This document shows positions 28,970 through 41,908 of a stretch of DNA of 64,000 bases, piece after piece. The notes below the pieces were generated by a model. That model was not told the origin of the DNA. It made no database searches and worked only from the letters and a program-made list of their open reading frames with translations. This DNA is from Balamuthia mandrillaris. Lineage: Eukaryota. The stretch lies in NCBI GenBank assembly GCA_031835245.2, contig JAVKOQ020000024.1, positions 124,001 to 188,000 of the forward strand, read 5' to 3'. The position numbers and the translations under genes are program-made. How positions within the stretch are numbered: position 1 is the stretch's first letter; every line of letters begins with the position of its first letter.

Positions 28970-29214
28970 TCTTCTTCGTCTTCTTGCCTTCTCACTTTGT
29001 GTGAAAGTGAGAAGGAAAGAAGGGGGGAGGAGGAGGAGGAGGTTGGAGAACCGAAAAAAAGAATGCAGAGAGAGAGAGAGAAGCGAGTGGCGGAGAGAAA
29101 GAGGAAAGAGTGGAGAAAACCCACAGAGCGAACAAAGAAAAGGGTTGCTTGGTCTAACGTGATGAACCACCCGATCTATTACAACCACTCTTGCTAACGG
29201 AACCCCCACAAAGA

Positions 29215-29530
29215 GAGCGAGAGAGAGAGAGAGAGAAAAGAGACATGGTGTTGCTCCATATCGTGGATGAATGAAGAGAGGAGAGAGGCAAAGAGAAGAG
29301 AGAAATGCAAGCGAGAAGAGAGAAGAGAGAAGAGAGAAGAGAAGAGATGAGAGAAGAGAGAGACGAGAAGAAAGAGAGGAGAGAGGAGAGAAGAGAAGAG
29401 AGAAGAGAGAGGAGAGAAGTGAAGAAGAGAGCGAGATGAAGAGAGGAAAGAGAAGAGAGAGGAGACGAGAGGGAGAGCTAGAGAATTGAGAGGAGAGTTG
29501 AGAGGAGAGGAGAGAGGAGATGAGAGAGGA
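29215..29530. repeat. Long GA-rich low-complexity tract (CT-rich on the minus strand), possibly in a 5'-UTR intron of the DnaJ gene
   Basis: About 300 nt of GAGAA/GAGAG units. Confidence 0.8.
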
Positions 29531-30349
29531 AGCAGAAAAATCAAACACAAATTGCCTCTTGTGGGAATCGAACCGAGGCTGGTCTGTCGCGCCCACAGGG
29601 AGAGCGAGCGAGAGAAGCGACATGGTGTCTGCTCCACATCGTGGCGTTGCGGTTCAAAGAGGATATCTCGGGGGAGCGCATCAAAGAGCACTTTGAAAAG
29701 GTCCATCCAGGATTCATTCAGGATAAGCGAGACCGGTGCTCATCGTCATCACGTTTTTTTTGTTTAAAAAAAATAAGGAGGTGGACCTGCAGCGGCGCGT
29801 TCATGCCCGAGCTCGTGCTGAACTGGCGCTTGGGGAGGAATGTCCGCTTGCAAAGTAGAGCCAGCGTCAATGGAGGTTCGAGCATTCCTCTGTGTTAACT
29901 TTTAAAGTTTACTCACTCAGCTCACGCTACTGTAGGCATGCAGTATGTTGTCATTGTTTCGCTTGCAGATGAGGTGCCATCTCCCTCCCTCTCTCTCTTG
30001 CTATCTTCTTTCCCTCACCTTTTTCTCTCTCTCCTCTCCTCTTTCCTCTTCTCCTCCTCTACTTTTAACCAAGCACTATGCATACGCAGCGAGCATTGGC
30101 GAAATACATATCGCACGCCTAACACGCCCAAGTGAAAGAGATCCAAGCTGCGCCTGTTGGACGACATCTTTGTGGACGACATCTTTGTCTCCCGCCAGCA
30201 CGTGCCTCGAGGAAGCAATCACCAAAAGCACAACAACAAACCTCGTAATGCATTTTCAGTGCATTCTCACTTTTTTCCGGATAGTTATAGCTATTTATTT
30301 CGACGTTTTTTTTTATTGTTTTTTTTTTTTGGCGTCGAAGGGCAGGAGC

Positions 30350-33300
30350 ATGAGCAACACTCCTTCTTGGACCTCAACTTCTTTGCGTACACAACAAGCC
30401 CTCTTGCGAGATCAACTGTTTCAGGCCATTCTTTCTCGTGACCTTCACTCCGTACAACGGTTATGGCAAGAGCACAACAATTTAAAAGCGATAAGAAAGC
30501 GGATTGAAGCGGAGGAACGCGAGTTGAACGACGAACCGAACGATTCCCGATTGGGCGAAGATGAAGAAGAACAAGAAGGAACCGTGTTTACCGAAGAAGT
30601 AACGGATGGAATGATCATTGTGAGATGTAGGAACAGCATTGAAGAGAGAGAAGAGAGCGAAGACTTAACGGCTTTGATGGTGGTGATGGGAGTGGACAGC
30701 CATTGGACCAAAGAACTTTCTTCTTTTCGTTACTTTATGCCCGAATGGAACGCCCGCTTGAAGATAAATCTCGACAGGGAAGGTGCCAAGCAGAGCAAGC
30801 TGGAGACAACCCTCAAGATTACGCAAGCACATGCAAGAACGGAGTTTCAACTGCGTTGCATCGACCTGTTGTTGTCCTTTGGCGAAGGAGAAGAAGAGGA
30901 GGGAGAGTCGGAGGAGTTGTTGTCGGCCAAATGCAAACAAAGCGGATGGAACGTGTTACATTATGCGGTAATGCACCGAGTGGACGAGGAGGTGTTGCGG
31001 AACTTGTTGCAGCGGTGGAGGGCTTCCCCGGAGGAGACTTGTGCTATTGCTCCTTGGGTGCACGAGGATGTGAGGGTGTTTACACGTTCGTCTTGTTCCT
31101 TACTTTTCATTTGTTGTTCTCGTTTTTGTTGCTTCTTTGCTTCCTTCTTGCTTCCGTTAATTGGCACTCACTATTTGTTTTTGGGAGTGTAGCTGACAAA
31201 CAGGTTCCTCCTGTTTTGCTGGCCATCATGGAACGTAACATGTCTGCCTATCATCTCCTTCTTTCCAACGTGGAACCTCCTCCTGGTTCTTCTTCAATGG
31301 AGGGATGGAACGGAATGGATCAACTCCTGTTCAATGCCCATAAAGAAAGAGAACCGTTGTTATACAGTATCTGTGGCCACCCCTTCTGGTATACTCCTTC
31401 TTTTTGCAACGAAGCTTTGCAAGCTCTGCATGACCTCCTGCCACAACAGTACTTTGAACTTTGGTTGAACTGTTGGATTTCAAATTGGGTCACAGACTTT
31501 CCAGCTACACCGTTGATCCTTCTTCTGAACCGACACAATTCCGCGCGTTATAGAGTTTGTGACTTGCACCTTTGTTTCTTTTTCTTTCTTTCTTTCTTTC
31601 TTTCTTTCTTTCCTCTGCCGGCGGGATATCCGTACCGATCTTTCATTGTTTTCATATCCTTTTCTCATCCAGTTTTTATTTTGCTTCTCAGTTTTTTTTG
31701 AAACAGGAAAATGAGGCTGGCGTAAAACATTGGGAGGAGGCGGTAAAGTGGTTACTCCAGAAGGGAGCAGACCCCTATCTCTGCGCCGGCAATGGTAAAT
31801 GCTCAGTTGCTTGGTTGTGGGGTTATGGCTACAGTAATATCGTTGAACAACATTCCATTGTGCACAAGCAAAGAATTCGTGAGTATGCAAACATGTCGGA
31901 AGGTGACCTTCTCTTCTATCTTCACCATTCTCTTTATCGTTCTCGTTTCTTCATCATTTCCTTTTACTTGTCGTTCTCTGTCTCTGTCGCTCTGTCTCTC
32001 TGTCTCTCTGTCTCTCTGCACCTACCTCCACTCTCGCTGACGCATCGCTCACCGTATTCTACCGCGTTCCCAAAAGCTCAACAAACCGGCTTATATTTAG
32101 CACATGTGTCATCCTCGTTGAGAGCTTCAGTGGGCGAAGAGGAAGCAAAGCATGTAACGCCCGCAACGATAGGAATTCTATGGCTGATGGTCAACAAGAA
32201 GGGAACTCAGGCGATTACCTTCACCATCAATGGCATTCTCACTAAGTGGAAGCTTTGTTCGACTGAACAGAAGCGGTGTAAAGGTTTTTTTCTCACTTTG
32301 TTATGCAAAGGTTCTAAAACTCATATTATCAAATATAACAAACAAACGCTACAGGTTTGTTCCAGCCAATAATATTACAAAGCGTGGATACGCTGAGCTT
32401 GAGTGCTGAAATGAAGAAGGGGAAAACCAAGCAGAAGGAAATCTTCAACTCAGCCCAAAAGAACCGTGAAGAATTGCCATTGTTCTGCAATACACACGGA
32501 ACGCTCGCGCTCAACACGCGGATGTCCTTTCGTTGGCATGACTTGACTGTTTTTCCCTTCCCTGGCAAGGGCAATCGTGTAACTTCTTCGGATCGACGTT
32601 GGGTTTTATTGAATGATACAGTGCTACTTCGTTTCAACTCAGCACTGATGCGATGGACAACCCAAGCAAATGTTCCTTCCTCTTGCTACCTTGACAAGGC
32701 AGATCTAACGCGTTTGGATTGGAAGCCCATACGAACGGATGAAAACGACAAGAATGGAACGGAAAAGAAGAAGGAAGAGGTAATGCTAACTTGCGTGACG
32801 AGAGATGCCTTTGCTCGCTATGTTGCAACATTTGAAGTTGACGAAGAAGAAGAAGAAGAAGAAGAAGAAGAAGAAGAAGAAGAAGAAGAAGAAGAAGAAG
32901 AAGAAGAAGAAGAACAAGAAGAACAAGAAAGAAAACAAGAACAAGAGGAAAACGACGACAAAGACACAAAAAAGAATCTTAAATGGCAAGAAGAGACGAT
33001 AATTCCTTTGTTGAGTTATTGCGGAAGGAGCGCTGATGTGATAGCCATCAACGAAAGGAGAACAAAATTGGTTTTAGCGTTGGTCAGTAGGTTGGAATGC
33101 ATCGACCTGAGAACAGGGCTACAGCAGTGGTTTCTTGATACAGAAAGAAAGATTTTCAATCAAGTAAGATATTCTATCCTCTTTATTGTTTGTTGCTTAC
33201 CCATTCAATTGTTTGATTAGCGGACAAAAGATGGCGACTATGATGATACCCAATATCCGTTTTTTTGGCAACCAAAAGTTACAACAATGATCATCGTGGC

Positions 33301-35070
33301 TCTCCCAAGTCAATCTCCCAAACAACAACCATACAGTATGGACCAGAACGCAACACGAAAGGTAGAAGAACCGTATGTGGAAGAAGAAGAGGAAGAATGT
33401 ATCGTCGTTGGCTTCCGCAACGGCCAAGTCGCCATGTTATCGCTTAACAATCCAGGTCATATTTTCAGCGTTCACAAACTTCCCAAAGTGGCCTCCTTTT
33501 GCACCCGTATCCATCAACCTCCGTCACGTACCCGTCCTTCCGTGGATTGTCTCGTTGCTGATAAAGAAAGAGGAGTGGTCTGGGCGGTTGGTCCTGGCAG
33601 TCCACTTATTCCTCTTCCCCTTCCTTCTTCTGCATCATTACCTGTTGGCTTGGGTGATGTGCAGGCATACGAAGCAGTGTGTGTTAAACGTTTTCATGAC
33701 AAAGCGAAGAAAAAATCTCCTCGTCGACGAGCTTGTCGAATGCCTGAAGAAGATTCTTTGCTTCGCTACGAGGACCAAAAGGAACAGCACCAATCCACGG
33801 CTTCCTCGATTTCTTCTGTTGCTGCTCTTTCTACGCTGTGCATAGACTCTTTAGTGCGATCCCTTACTCCAAAAAGCGCTTCCCTCATCCAGAACTTGCT
33901 TCCCTCGGACCTCAAGGAACGGTGCTTGCGGTACCTTCTCTTCCACACATCAAAAGCACAATCTCCATTATGGCTGCCGCCATTACCGGCCTCCGCGTCT
34001 GATGACTATTTCCTTGCGCCACAACGAGCTCTTTTCTTAGGAGCTTGTCACTTTTCTACCTTTATTCCCTCATGCACCAACCTTCACTCCTTGGATCTGA
34101 CCGCTTTGGACGATAAGGAAGGAACTTTTACGAGCGCCATCGCCTACTCTTTGAACGAACAACACAACTTGCGTCACATTGATCTCAGCTTTGCAAAGTG
34201 TAATGTGGCTGCGTTGGCTTCTTTGGTAGCAAGGTGTGGGGAAAAAATGGAATCACTGGAACTGAGGTTTGTTTTTCATTCTTTTTATCTAGCATCTGTC
34301 TCGTTGCGGCACCTTGACATTCTCTTGTTATTTTATTTTGAACTACCTCTCACTCTCTCTCTCTCTCTCACTCTCTCTCTCTTTCTCTTGTTCTCCTTAG
34401 GTCAGCTTTGTTGTACCAGAACCCCTATAAAAGTTACAATTACCTTGAGTATGTGATTAAGTATAAGTATGAAGGGCTTTGTTTCTTATCAGTGTTGGGC
34501 ACGCATTGTCCTAATCTTCGCCACGTAAGTTGTTGTTCATTCTGTCAAATATTCTTTTTCTGATCTTCTTGCTTTATTGTGTGTATGCAGTTGGGTTTAC
34601 ATGGACATTCTAAACTGGTCAACCAACAACAAAGTGAACAAAACTTTGGGGACTGGATAGCGCTACTCAAGGGTTGCTCCGGCCTGGAATTCCTGGACCT
34701 CAGCTTCACCGACCTTACTCCTCAACATCTTCACTATCTCTCGCTTTTGTTGCAACCCTCCTGTCTTCGTGTTTTGATACTCCAATCAAACCAAAAGTTG
34801 GCTCTTTGCCCTGGTGAAGAAGCGGTCAACCAGGTCTTGTCCTACTGCACCAGGCTGCAAACCCTCAACCTCTTGGATTGCGGGTCTCTTCGTTTGCAAA
34901 ACTTGGAGTTTTATCATCGCAAAGCTGTTTTTGGACCGCCGTTTAGCGAGAAGAACGACGAAGAGGAGGAGAAGGAGAAAGATAAGTTGGTGATTTTGGC
35001 TTCAATGGAGAGTTTCCGTGGATTCGACTGGAATGAGGAAAGCGCAAAAGAACTTGCATCTTGGAGATGA
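30350..35070 (+). CDS. Large ankyrin-repeat / beta-rich / LRR multidomain protein (may be two genes), multi-exon
   Basis: Ankyrin-like LTALMVVM, GWNVLHYAV, TPLILLL and WLLQKGADP; central beta-rich exons; C-terminal LRR module paralogous to 2046-3729 and in frame within ORF 33287-34456. Confidence 0.55.
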
Positions 35071-36066
35071 TGTGTTTTTACCCAAACCCCCTTCCTTTGT
35101 TGTGAAGGGCATAAAAATAAATGACTCATTTTAACTTAAACTTCTCTTTGTTCTCATGTTGAGTGAAACAAGGAACCGTCAGACGGCCCCCTCTCTTCTT
35201 GCTCCTGTTTGTTTCTTGTCCACATCGCTGTGACTCCTATCTCCTCCTGTCCTCTCTCTGCTCCTCCGAAGGACACAACCCTTCTGTGCCTTCGAGGTCC
35301 GGAGGGGCTGTCTGTCCACTCCTCCATTGTCTCCTTCTGCGCTGCCTCACACGCTAAAACGGGAAGCTCCATTATGAGATTATCTGGTTGCCCGTGTGGG
35401 CATCTGATGCCCAGCAAAACAAAAGCTCCGAAATGACTGTTGAACATACATACAGCAACCGTTCCTCGTCGGATCTTTCTGTTCGTTATCTTGGAGGAAA
35501 CAGCAGACGTTTATTGCTTGATTGGTTGGACATCCATCTGTTTAATGCTTCAACGAGATGTCGGGGCCTCCACTGATGATGTTACTGTTGCTGCTGGAAT
35601 TTTCTGGTGTGCTAGCTACAAAAGGAAGAGAAAGGGTGCGAAAGCAGCAAGTTGGAAAAGCGGTACTTCTCCTGTTTATATCAGCGCAGTAATGCTTTAA
35701 TCATTTGGAAGACCGGACAACTAAAAACTTTTAATGTCACTTCTAGTTCTTTCTCTTTGCTTTGTCCATCGGGAAGTGAACAAGTTGCTTACGGGTTATT
35801 GTTGGACAAACTGGAAATGAAGGAATGAGTGTTCAACCAACAACACGTTGGGTTCCCCCGAATGTTGAAGGAAGATATCGGGTTTGGAACAAAGTCAGCT
35901 GAGGGAACGGATGGAGGACACCAACGAAACTATTTAAACTCCTTCACTTTCCCGTTCTCTTTCTCCTTCATTCACTCAACAAACAACAAAACAATACAAA
36001 CGTTACAAACAAAGCGAAAAACACCGATAACAACTCCCCGTTTGCCTCTTGCCGATACGACACAAC

Positions 36067-37662
36067 ATGACAAGAGCAAGTAACACTGCATTCCTCGCTG
36101 GGGTGATGCTTCTTTGCATCGTTTCCTCCGCTCTCGCTTTGAACTATGCCGACATCTACGGTACCCATCCTCCCTTCTCCTCCTGTTCTTCAGTCCTTCT
36201 TTCTCTCTTTCTGCTTTCTTTTCCTTCGCTTCTTTCTCACCATTTTCCTCATTGGGCATGGGCAGCTCGCTCTCGTGAGCTGCCAGCGGAACGTGAGCTG
36301 CTGGACAGCATCTCCTTCTCCATCCAGAAGAACCCTGGCCAAGCCATCATGACCCGCAGGACCCTTTCCAACTCCACCTTCACCAGCCGCCACTCCATGA
36401 GCCTGTCCTTCAAGGCCTTGGGGCGAGAATTCTCCGCCTCCCTCCACCACAACAACGATCTCTTCCACCCCAAGGCCGTGGTCTCCGTCTTCTCCGAGGG
36501 AGAGCTGGTGGAGAGCTATTCCCCTCAGAGCAGGGCCTACCTGGGAGAGGCCACCATCGATGGCAAGGAGCAGGCCAGCGTCTCCGCCGTGGTGGCCGAC
36601 TACGATCAAGGCATCTTCCACATGAGCATCTGGAACGCCCAGACGGGAGAGAGTTACGTGGTGGAGCCCACTTACCTTCACCCCGAGCTCAGCAAGAAGA
36701 GAAGCGAGGCTGGCGGCATGGAGACCCTCTCCGGAGGCAACATGGTGGTCTTCAAGGAGCACTGGGATGAGCTTCCTTTTGCCCCTCGCAACGTGGACCA
36801 AGCGGAGGAGGAAGGCGAGCAACCGGTCTCCTGCGGCACGGGTGACATCCAGGAGGGAGAGGAGGATGCGGAGGACGTGGTGGACCCCACCAGCAGCTGC
36901 CCCCCTCGCAGCGCGAGCTACCTGCTCATGGGCGTGGCCACGGACAACCAGTACGTCCGCAAGGCGGGCGGCACCTCCGGCACCCCGAACACCATCTCCT
37001 ACGTCTGGTCCACCATGCAGGGCCACTACTACACCGCCGTGCGCAACAAGCCCGTCATCAAGTCCCTGGTCATCAACTCCAGCCCTTCCTCCTCCTCTTC
37101 CTCCTCCACCAACTTCAACACCGCCAGCTGCCCCTCCGACGTGCAGACCAGGCTCACCCCCTTCTGCAACTGGAGGGTCCGCCAGACCGACCGCACCATC
37201 GGCCTCTGGCACTTGCTCTCCGGATGCCTGCCGGACCGCACGGGCGTGGCCGGGCGTGCCTATTACAGCGCCCTCTGCAGGTACACCACCCAGGGCTGCG
37301 GCATCACGGGCTACCTGGGAGGCAACGCCCGCTGGGTCATCCCCGCCCACGAGATCGGGCACAACTACGGCGCCAGGCACAGCAGCAACATCATGGCTCC
37401 CTCGGTGAACAGCAGGGCCACGGGCTTCGCCCAGACCTCCATCAACGACATGTGCCGCTACACCTTCAGCGTCTCCGCCCGCACCGCCTGCCTGTTGGAC
37501 CGCTTGCCCGAGGACCAGAGCCCCACCCTCCCCGACCAGGAGGAGTCCTCCTCCGAGGAGGGCTGCGAGTGCAAGAAGAGGAGCCAGAACGTGGTGGTGG
37601 TGCAGGACTCCGAGTCCGCCGCCGCCACTCCCAGCAGCGCTCTCCTCGAGGCCTTGTTCTAG
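36067..37662 (+). CDS. Secreted M12B (reprolysin/ADAM-like) zinc metalloprotease
   Basis: Signal peptide, prodomain with VSCG cysteine switch, HEIGHNYGARH zinc motif and Met-turn IMAP; one probable intron at about 36161-36264. Confidence 0.88.
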   Translation: MTRASNTAFLAGVMLLCIVSSALALNYADIYGTHPPFSSCSSVLLSLFLLSFPSLLSHHFPHWAWAARSRELPAERELLDSISFSIQKNPGQAIMTRRTLSNSTFTSRHSMSLSFKALGREFSASLHHNNDLFHPKAVVSVFSEGELVESYSPQSRAYLGEATIDGKEQASVSAVVADYDQGIFHMSIWNAQTGESYVVEPTYLHPELSKKRSEAGGMETLSGGNMVVFKEHWDELPFAPRNVDQAEEEGEQPVSCGTGDIQEGEEDAEDVVDPTSSCPPRSASYLLMGVATDNQYVRKAGGTSGTPNTISYVWSTMQGHYYTAVRNKPVIKSLVINSSPSSSSSSSTNFNTASCPSDVQTRLTPFCNWRVRQTDRTIGLWHLLSGCLPDRTGVAGRAYYSALCRYTTQGCGITGYLGGNARWVIPAHEIGHNYGARHSSNIMAPSVNSRATGFAQTSINDMCRYTFSVSARTACLLDRLPEDQSPTLPDQEESSSEEGCECKKRSQNVVVVQDSESAAATPSSALLEALF

Positions 37663-38010
37663 AGAGCCAACAAACCCTTCCCCCTATCATCATGCACATA
37701 GGCTTTTCCAGAGTTCCCTTCCCTTGCATTACTTCCTCCGTTTCTTCTTCCCAATATGTCCATATAGGTCCTTTAGGTTTTAGACTGTAGTAAAAAAAAC
37801 ATCTTTTTTGTCGATACAAAAATAAACTTCAAGCAGCGGCAAATTTCCCCTGCTGCAGTTCGACTCCCACTATGCGCGTATGATCACGGATCTAGCTTGC
37901 GGTTCGACGCGCAGCGTTCGCTGATAAGTTTTTGATTTCTGCGGTTCGACCCCTGGCGCAAACATTTTTTTAAAAGCTTGCACTGCTGGGTGGGGGAGTG
38001 TTTGTCACAA

Positions 38011-39400
<1,390 letters not shown>

Positions 39401-39659
39401 TTCTGGACCATGTCGTCATGGTATTTATTGTCGACGTAATATGCTCGGTGACCTAGCAACGAAGAACTCCCGCAACAGGAGGCGACAGGAGGGCGGGTCA
39501 AAAGTGTCCATAATCTCCAAGAAAAAACGTGCAGAAATCAAAGAAAACACCGGTGTTCGTTGCGCCGTTCTAGCCCGATTTGGGTTTAGTGGTTCAGTGT
39601 CTGGCGCACAGAGTAAGAAGAGAGAGAAACGAACTACCGCACGCACACAGGCTACAACC

Positions 39660-40277
39660 ATGGCGGCCAGCGCAGAAGAAGCAAGGTTAACTCGTTTGTT
39701 GGGCGAGCTGCACACGCCAGAGATGCAACGAAGGCAGGGAAACGGCTCCGACCCCTCCGAAACATTTTCCCCGGAAGCAGAGGACAAGGAGAAAGAGAGG
39801 CTGAACAAGCATTGGCTCGGAGAAGCGCCCCCAAAGGCCTCCCCGACCAAAGCCTGCGAGAGCCAGCAACCTTCGCCTAAAGCGGCAGCGCCTGTCGTCG
39901 TCAAGAGGGAAGTTGCGGTGCGCCCAAAGATGAAACTCGGTAGCGCGGAACAGGCTCTGCGCAACGGAGAGACGGAGGAGCAGATGCTGAAGAGAAAAAT
40001 GGAAGAAATGAAGAGGAACATGCAGCTGAAGCAACAACAGCAACAGCACCCACAGAAGAGCCCGAGAAGAGTAGCGGCAGAGCCTCCAACGACGACTACG
40101 ACGACGCCAACTAAGGCCCCACCGGCTTCAGCTGTAGTTCAGCAACCACAACACAAAGTGTTGAAGGAGGACGTGCAACCCAGCAGCAGCAATGGAATAG
40201 AAATAGCGGTTCCAGAGGAGAAAGCTGTTGACATGGCCAGAAAGGAAGAAGAGCGCCTTCGTCACCGATGGCTTTGA
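39660..40277 (+). CDS. Hypothetical low-complexity/coiled-coil protein
   Basis: Open frame from MAASAEEARL with plausible protein composition; no recognised domain. Confidence 0.5.
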   Translation: MAASAEEARLTRLLGELHTPEMQRRQGNGSDPSETFSPEAEDKEKERLNKHWLGEAPPKASPTKACESQQPSPKAAAPVVVKREVAVRPKMKLGSAEQALRNGETEEQMLKRKMEEMKRNMQLKQQQQQHPQKSPRRVAAEPPTTTTTTPTKAPPASAVVQQPQHKVLKEDVQPSSSNGIEIAVPEEKAVDMARKEEERLRHRWL

Positions 40278-40611
40278 AAAAAAAAAAGCGAGAGGCATGG
40301 CCACACCGGGAGCACCGGGCTTACTCTCTGTACATATTACTATTTCTATGCACCATAAAAAAAACGTGTGAACCTTTGTCGATTCGAACCGACGGCCCAA
40401 TATTGGCGGACTTTTAGAGTGACGTGGCTCAGCTCCTTGGGGATCCATACAAAGGGGGCCACGTATCAGCCCACGTAAGCACACCAAAAAAAAAATGAGC
40501 GCCACGTCACGCGCCTCCTGAGCCGGCTGTTGCTGTCCATTTCTTTTCTCACCACACCGGAACTGCCACCACACAACAAACACACACAAAGCAAACATAC
40601 ATACACACGGA

Positions 40612-41638
40612 ATGGCCCAGAGGCAAGACCACGTGGAGGCGGTGGTGGATCCCTTCGCCAGCCCAGAGGAACAGGAACAACAGAGGATGAGAGCGCGGCG
40701 CCTGGCGGAACGCCTCTCCGTCCGTGAAGAGCTTGCCTTGCAGCAAAGAGAAAAGCGGCTGAGATGGGGGAGACACCCCCTGTGGATGGCGTTGAAACGA
40801 ACCGTTGTCTTTGTGTTCGTGGCCTTTGTGACCTCCACCTTTTGGCAGTTCTTTGCAGAGCGAAGCGGCGTGGAAGAGGTGTCGCCTGGCTTTTGGCTTG
40901 CCAAGGCTGCACAGTTGTCGGAGAGCTTGTTTGATACGTTGGGAAGACTTTACATCAGGCTTGTCGACCTTATTTATCACTTGAGGCACCTGCGCGACTT
41001 TTTGTATCGAGCATGGGACGCCCTGCGAGAGCTGCTGTTGCGTCTTATTCCCATAAACGAACTTTGGGCAGCTGCATCTAAGGTTTGTTTCTTTCCTCTC
41101 CCTCGCTGTGGCTTTCTGCCTTGTCTCCTCCTCCTCCGTTCTAGTTCCCCTTTCATTTTCTTCAACTTTTTGTTTGCCCCTCTGACCATGGTCTCCTTTG
41201 CAGGTGGTGCTGCCAATTGTAGATATAGTGGTCTCTCCCTTGCATTTCTTTGTAGGGTTCGTGCAAGAGGTCCAGGCCTTGCCCAACCACAGCAATAGCG
41301 TCTTCTATTTGGCCAGCTTGGTGGTGGGCATCCTCTTGTGGTGCGCAATGAAAGCCATGCATGCCACTCATACGATTAGAAAGAGGAGAATATTGAAGAA
41401 GAAAAATGAGGAACAACGGACACAGCTTGGACAAGCATCGAAGGAAGATCAAGAAGCAACTGAAGAAGAGGAAAGTGGGCCTTTCATGCAGATGAAGATG
41501 TTTGGGAAAACTTGGCTGGAGGAGTGTAAACAGGCTTGGACTACCAACCCCTTTTTCCAGTTAGGCTACATTATGGCGTTTCAACTTTTCTTCATTGTTA
41601 TTGTGTACAACGCTCCTGGAGTGTTGCGTTTGCACTAA
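40612..41638 (+). CDS. Hypothetical multi-pass membrane protein (2 exons)
   Basis: ORFs 40612 and 41198 join through a GT-AG intron at about 41083-41203; several hydrophobic segments; partial duplicate at 24240-24405. Confidence 0.6.
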
Positions 41639-41908
41639 CTGCTTGGGCGTGTCGTGTAGTGCTCATTACCAATAAAAACTTTGTAAAATATTACGATTAT
41701 CATATAATTTGAGTTTTTGTCTCAAAATTGGCTCATTTATTAATATTTTCGAGATAATTTCACAAAATTTTAGATTGCTAAGAAAAATCTAACTCTTCCC
41801 AAAAACTGCCGAACATATCAATAATGTCGACTAATCCGCGATAATCACACCAAATTTTTCGATCAAAAGTGAAATTAAAGAAAGTCAAAGAAACGAAAGA
41901 AGCTGAAA

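Noticed and set aside
35154..35700. Short ORFs between the LRR gene and the metalloprotease
   Set aside because: No recognisable domain, splice pattern or codon bias.
36190..37380. 396-aa minus-strand ORF
   Set aside because: Antisense shadow of the GC3-rich metalloprotease gene.
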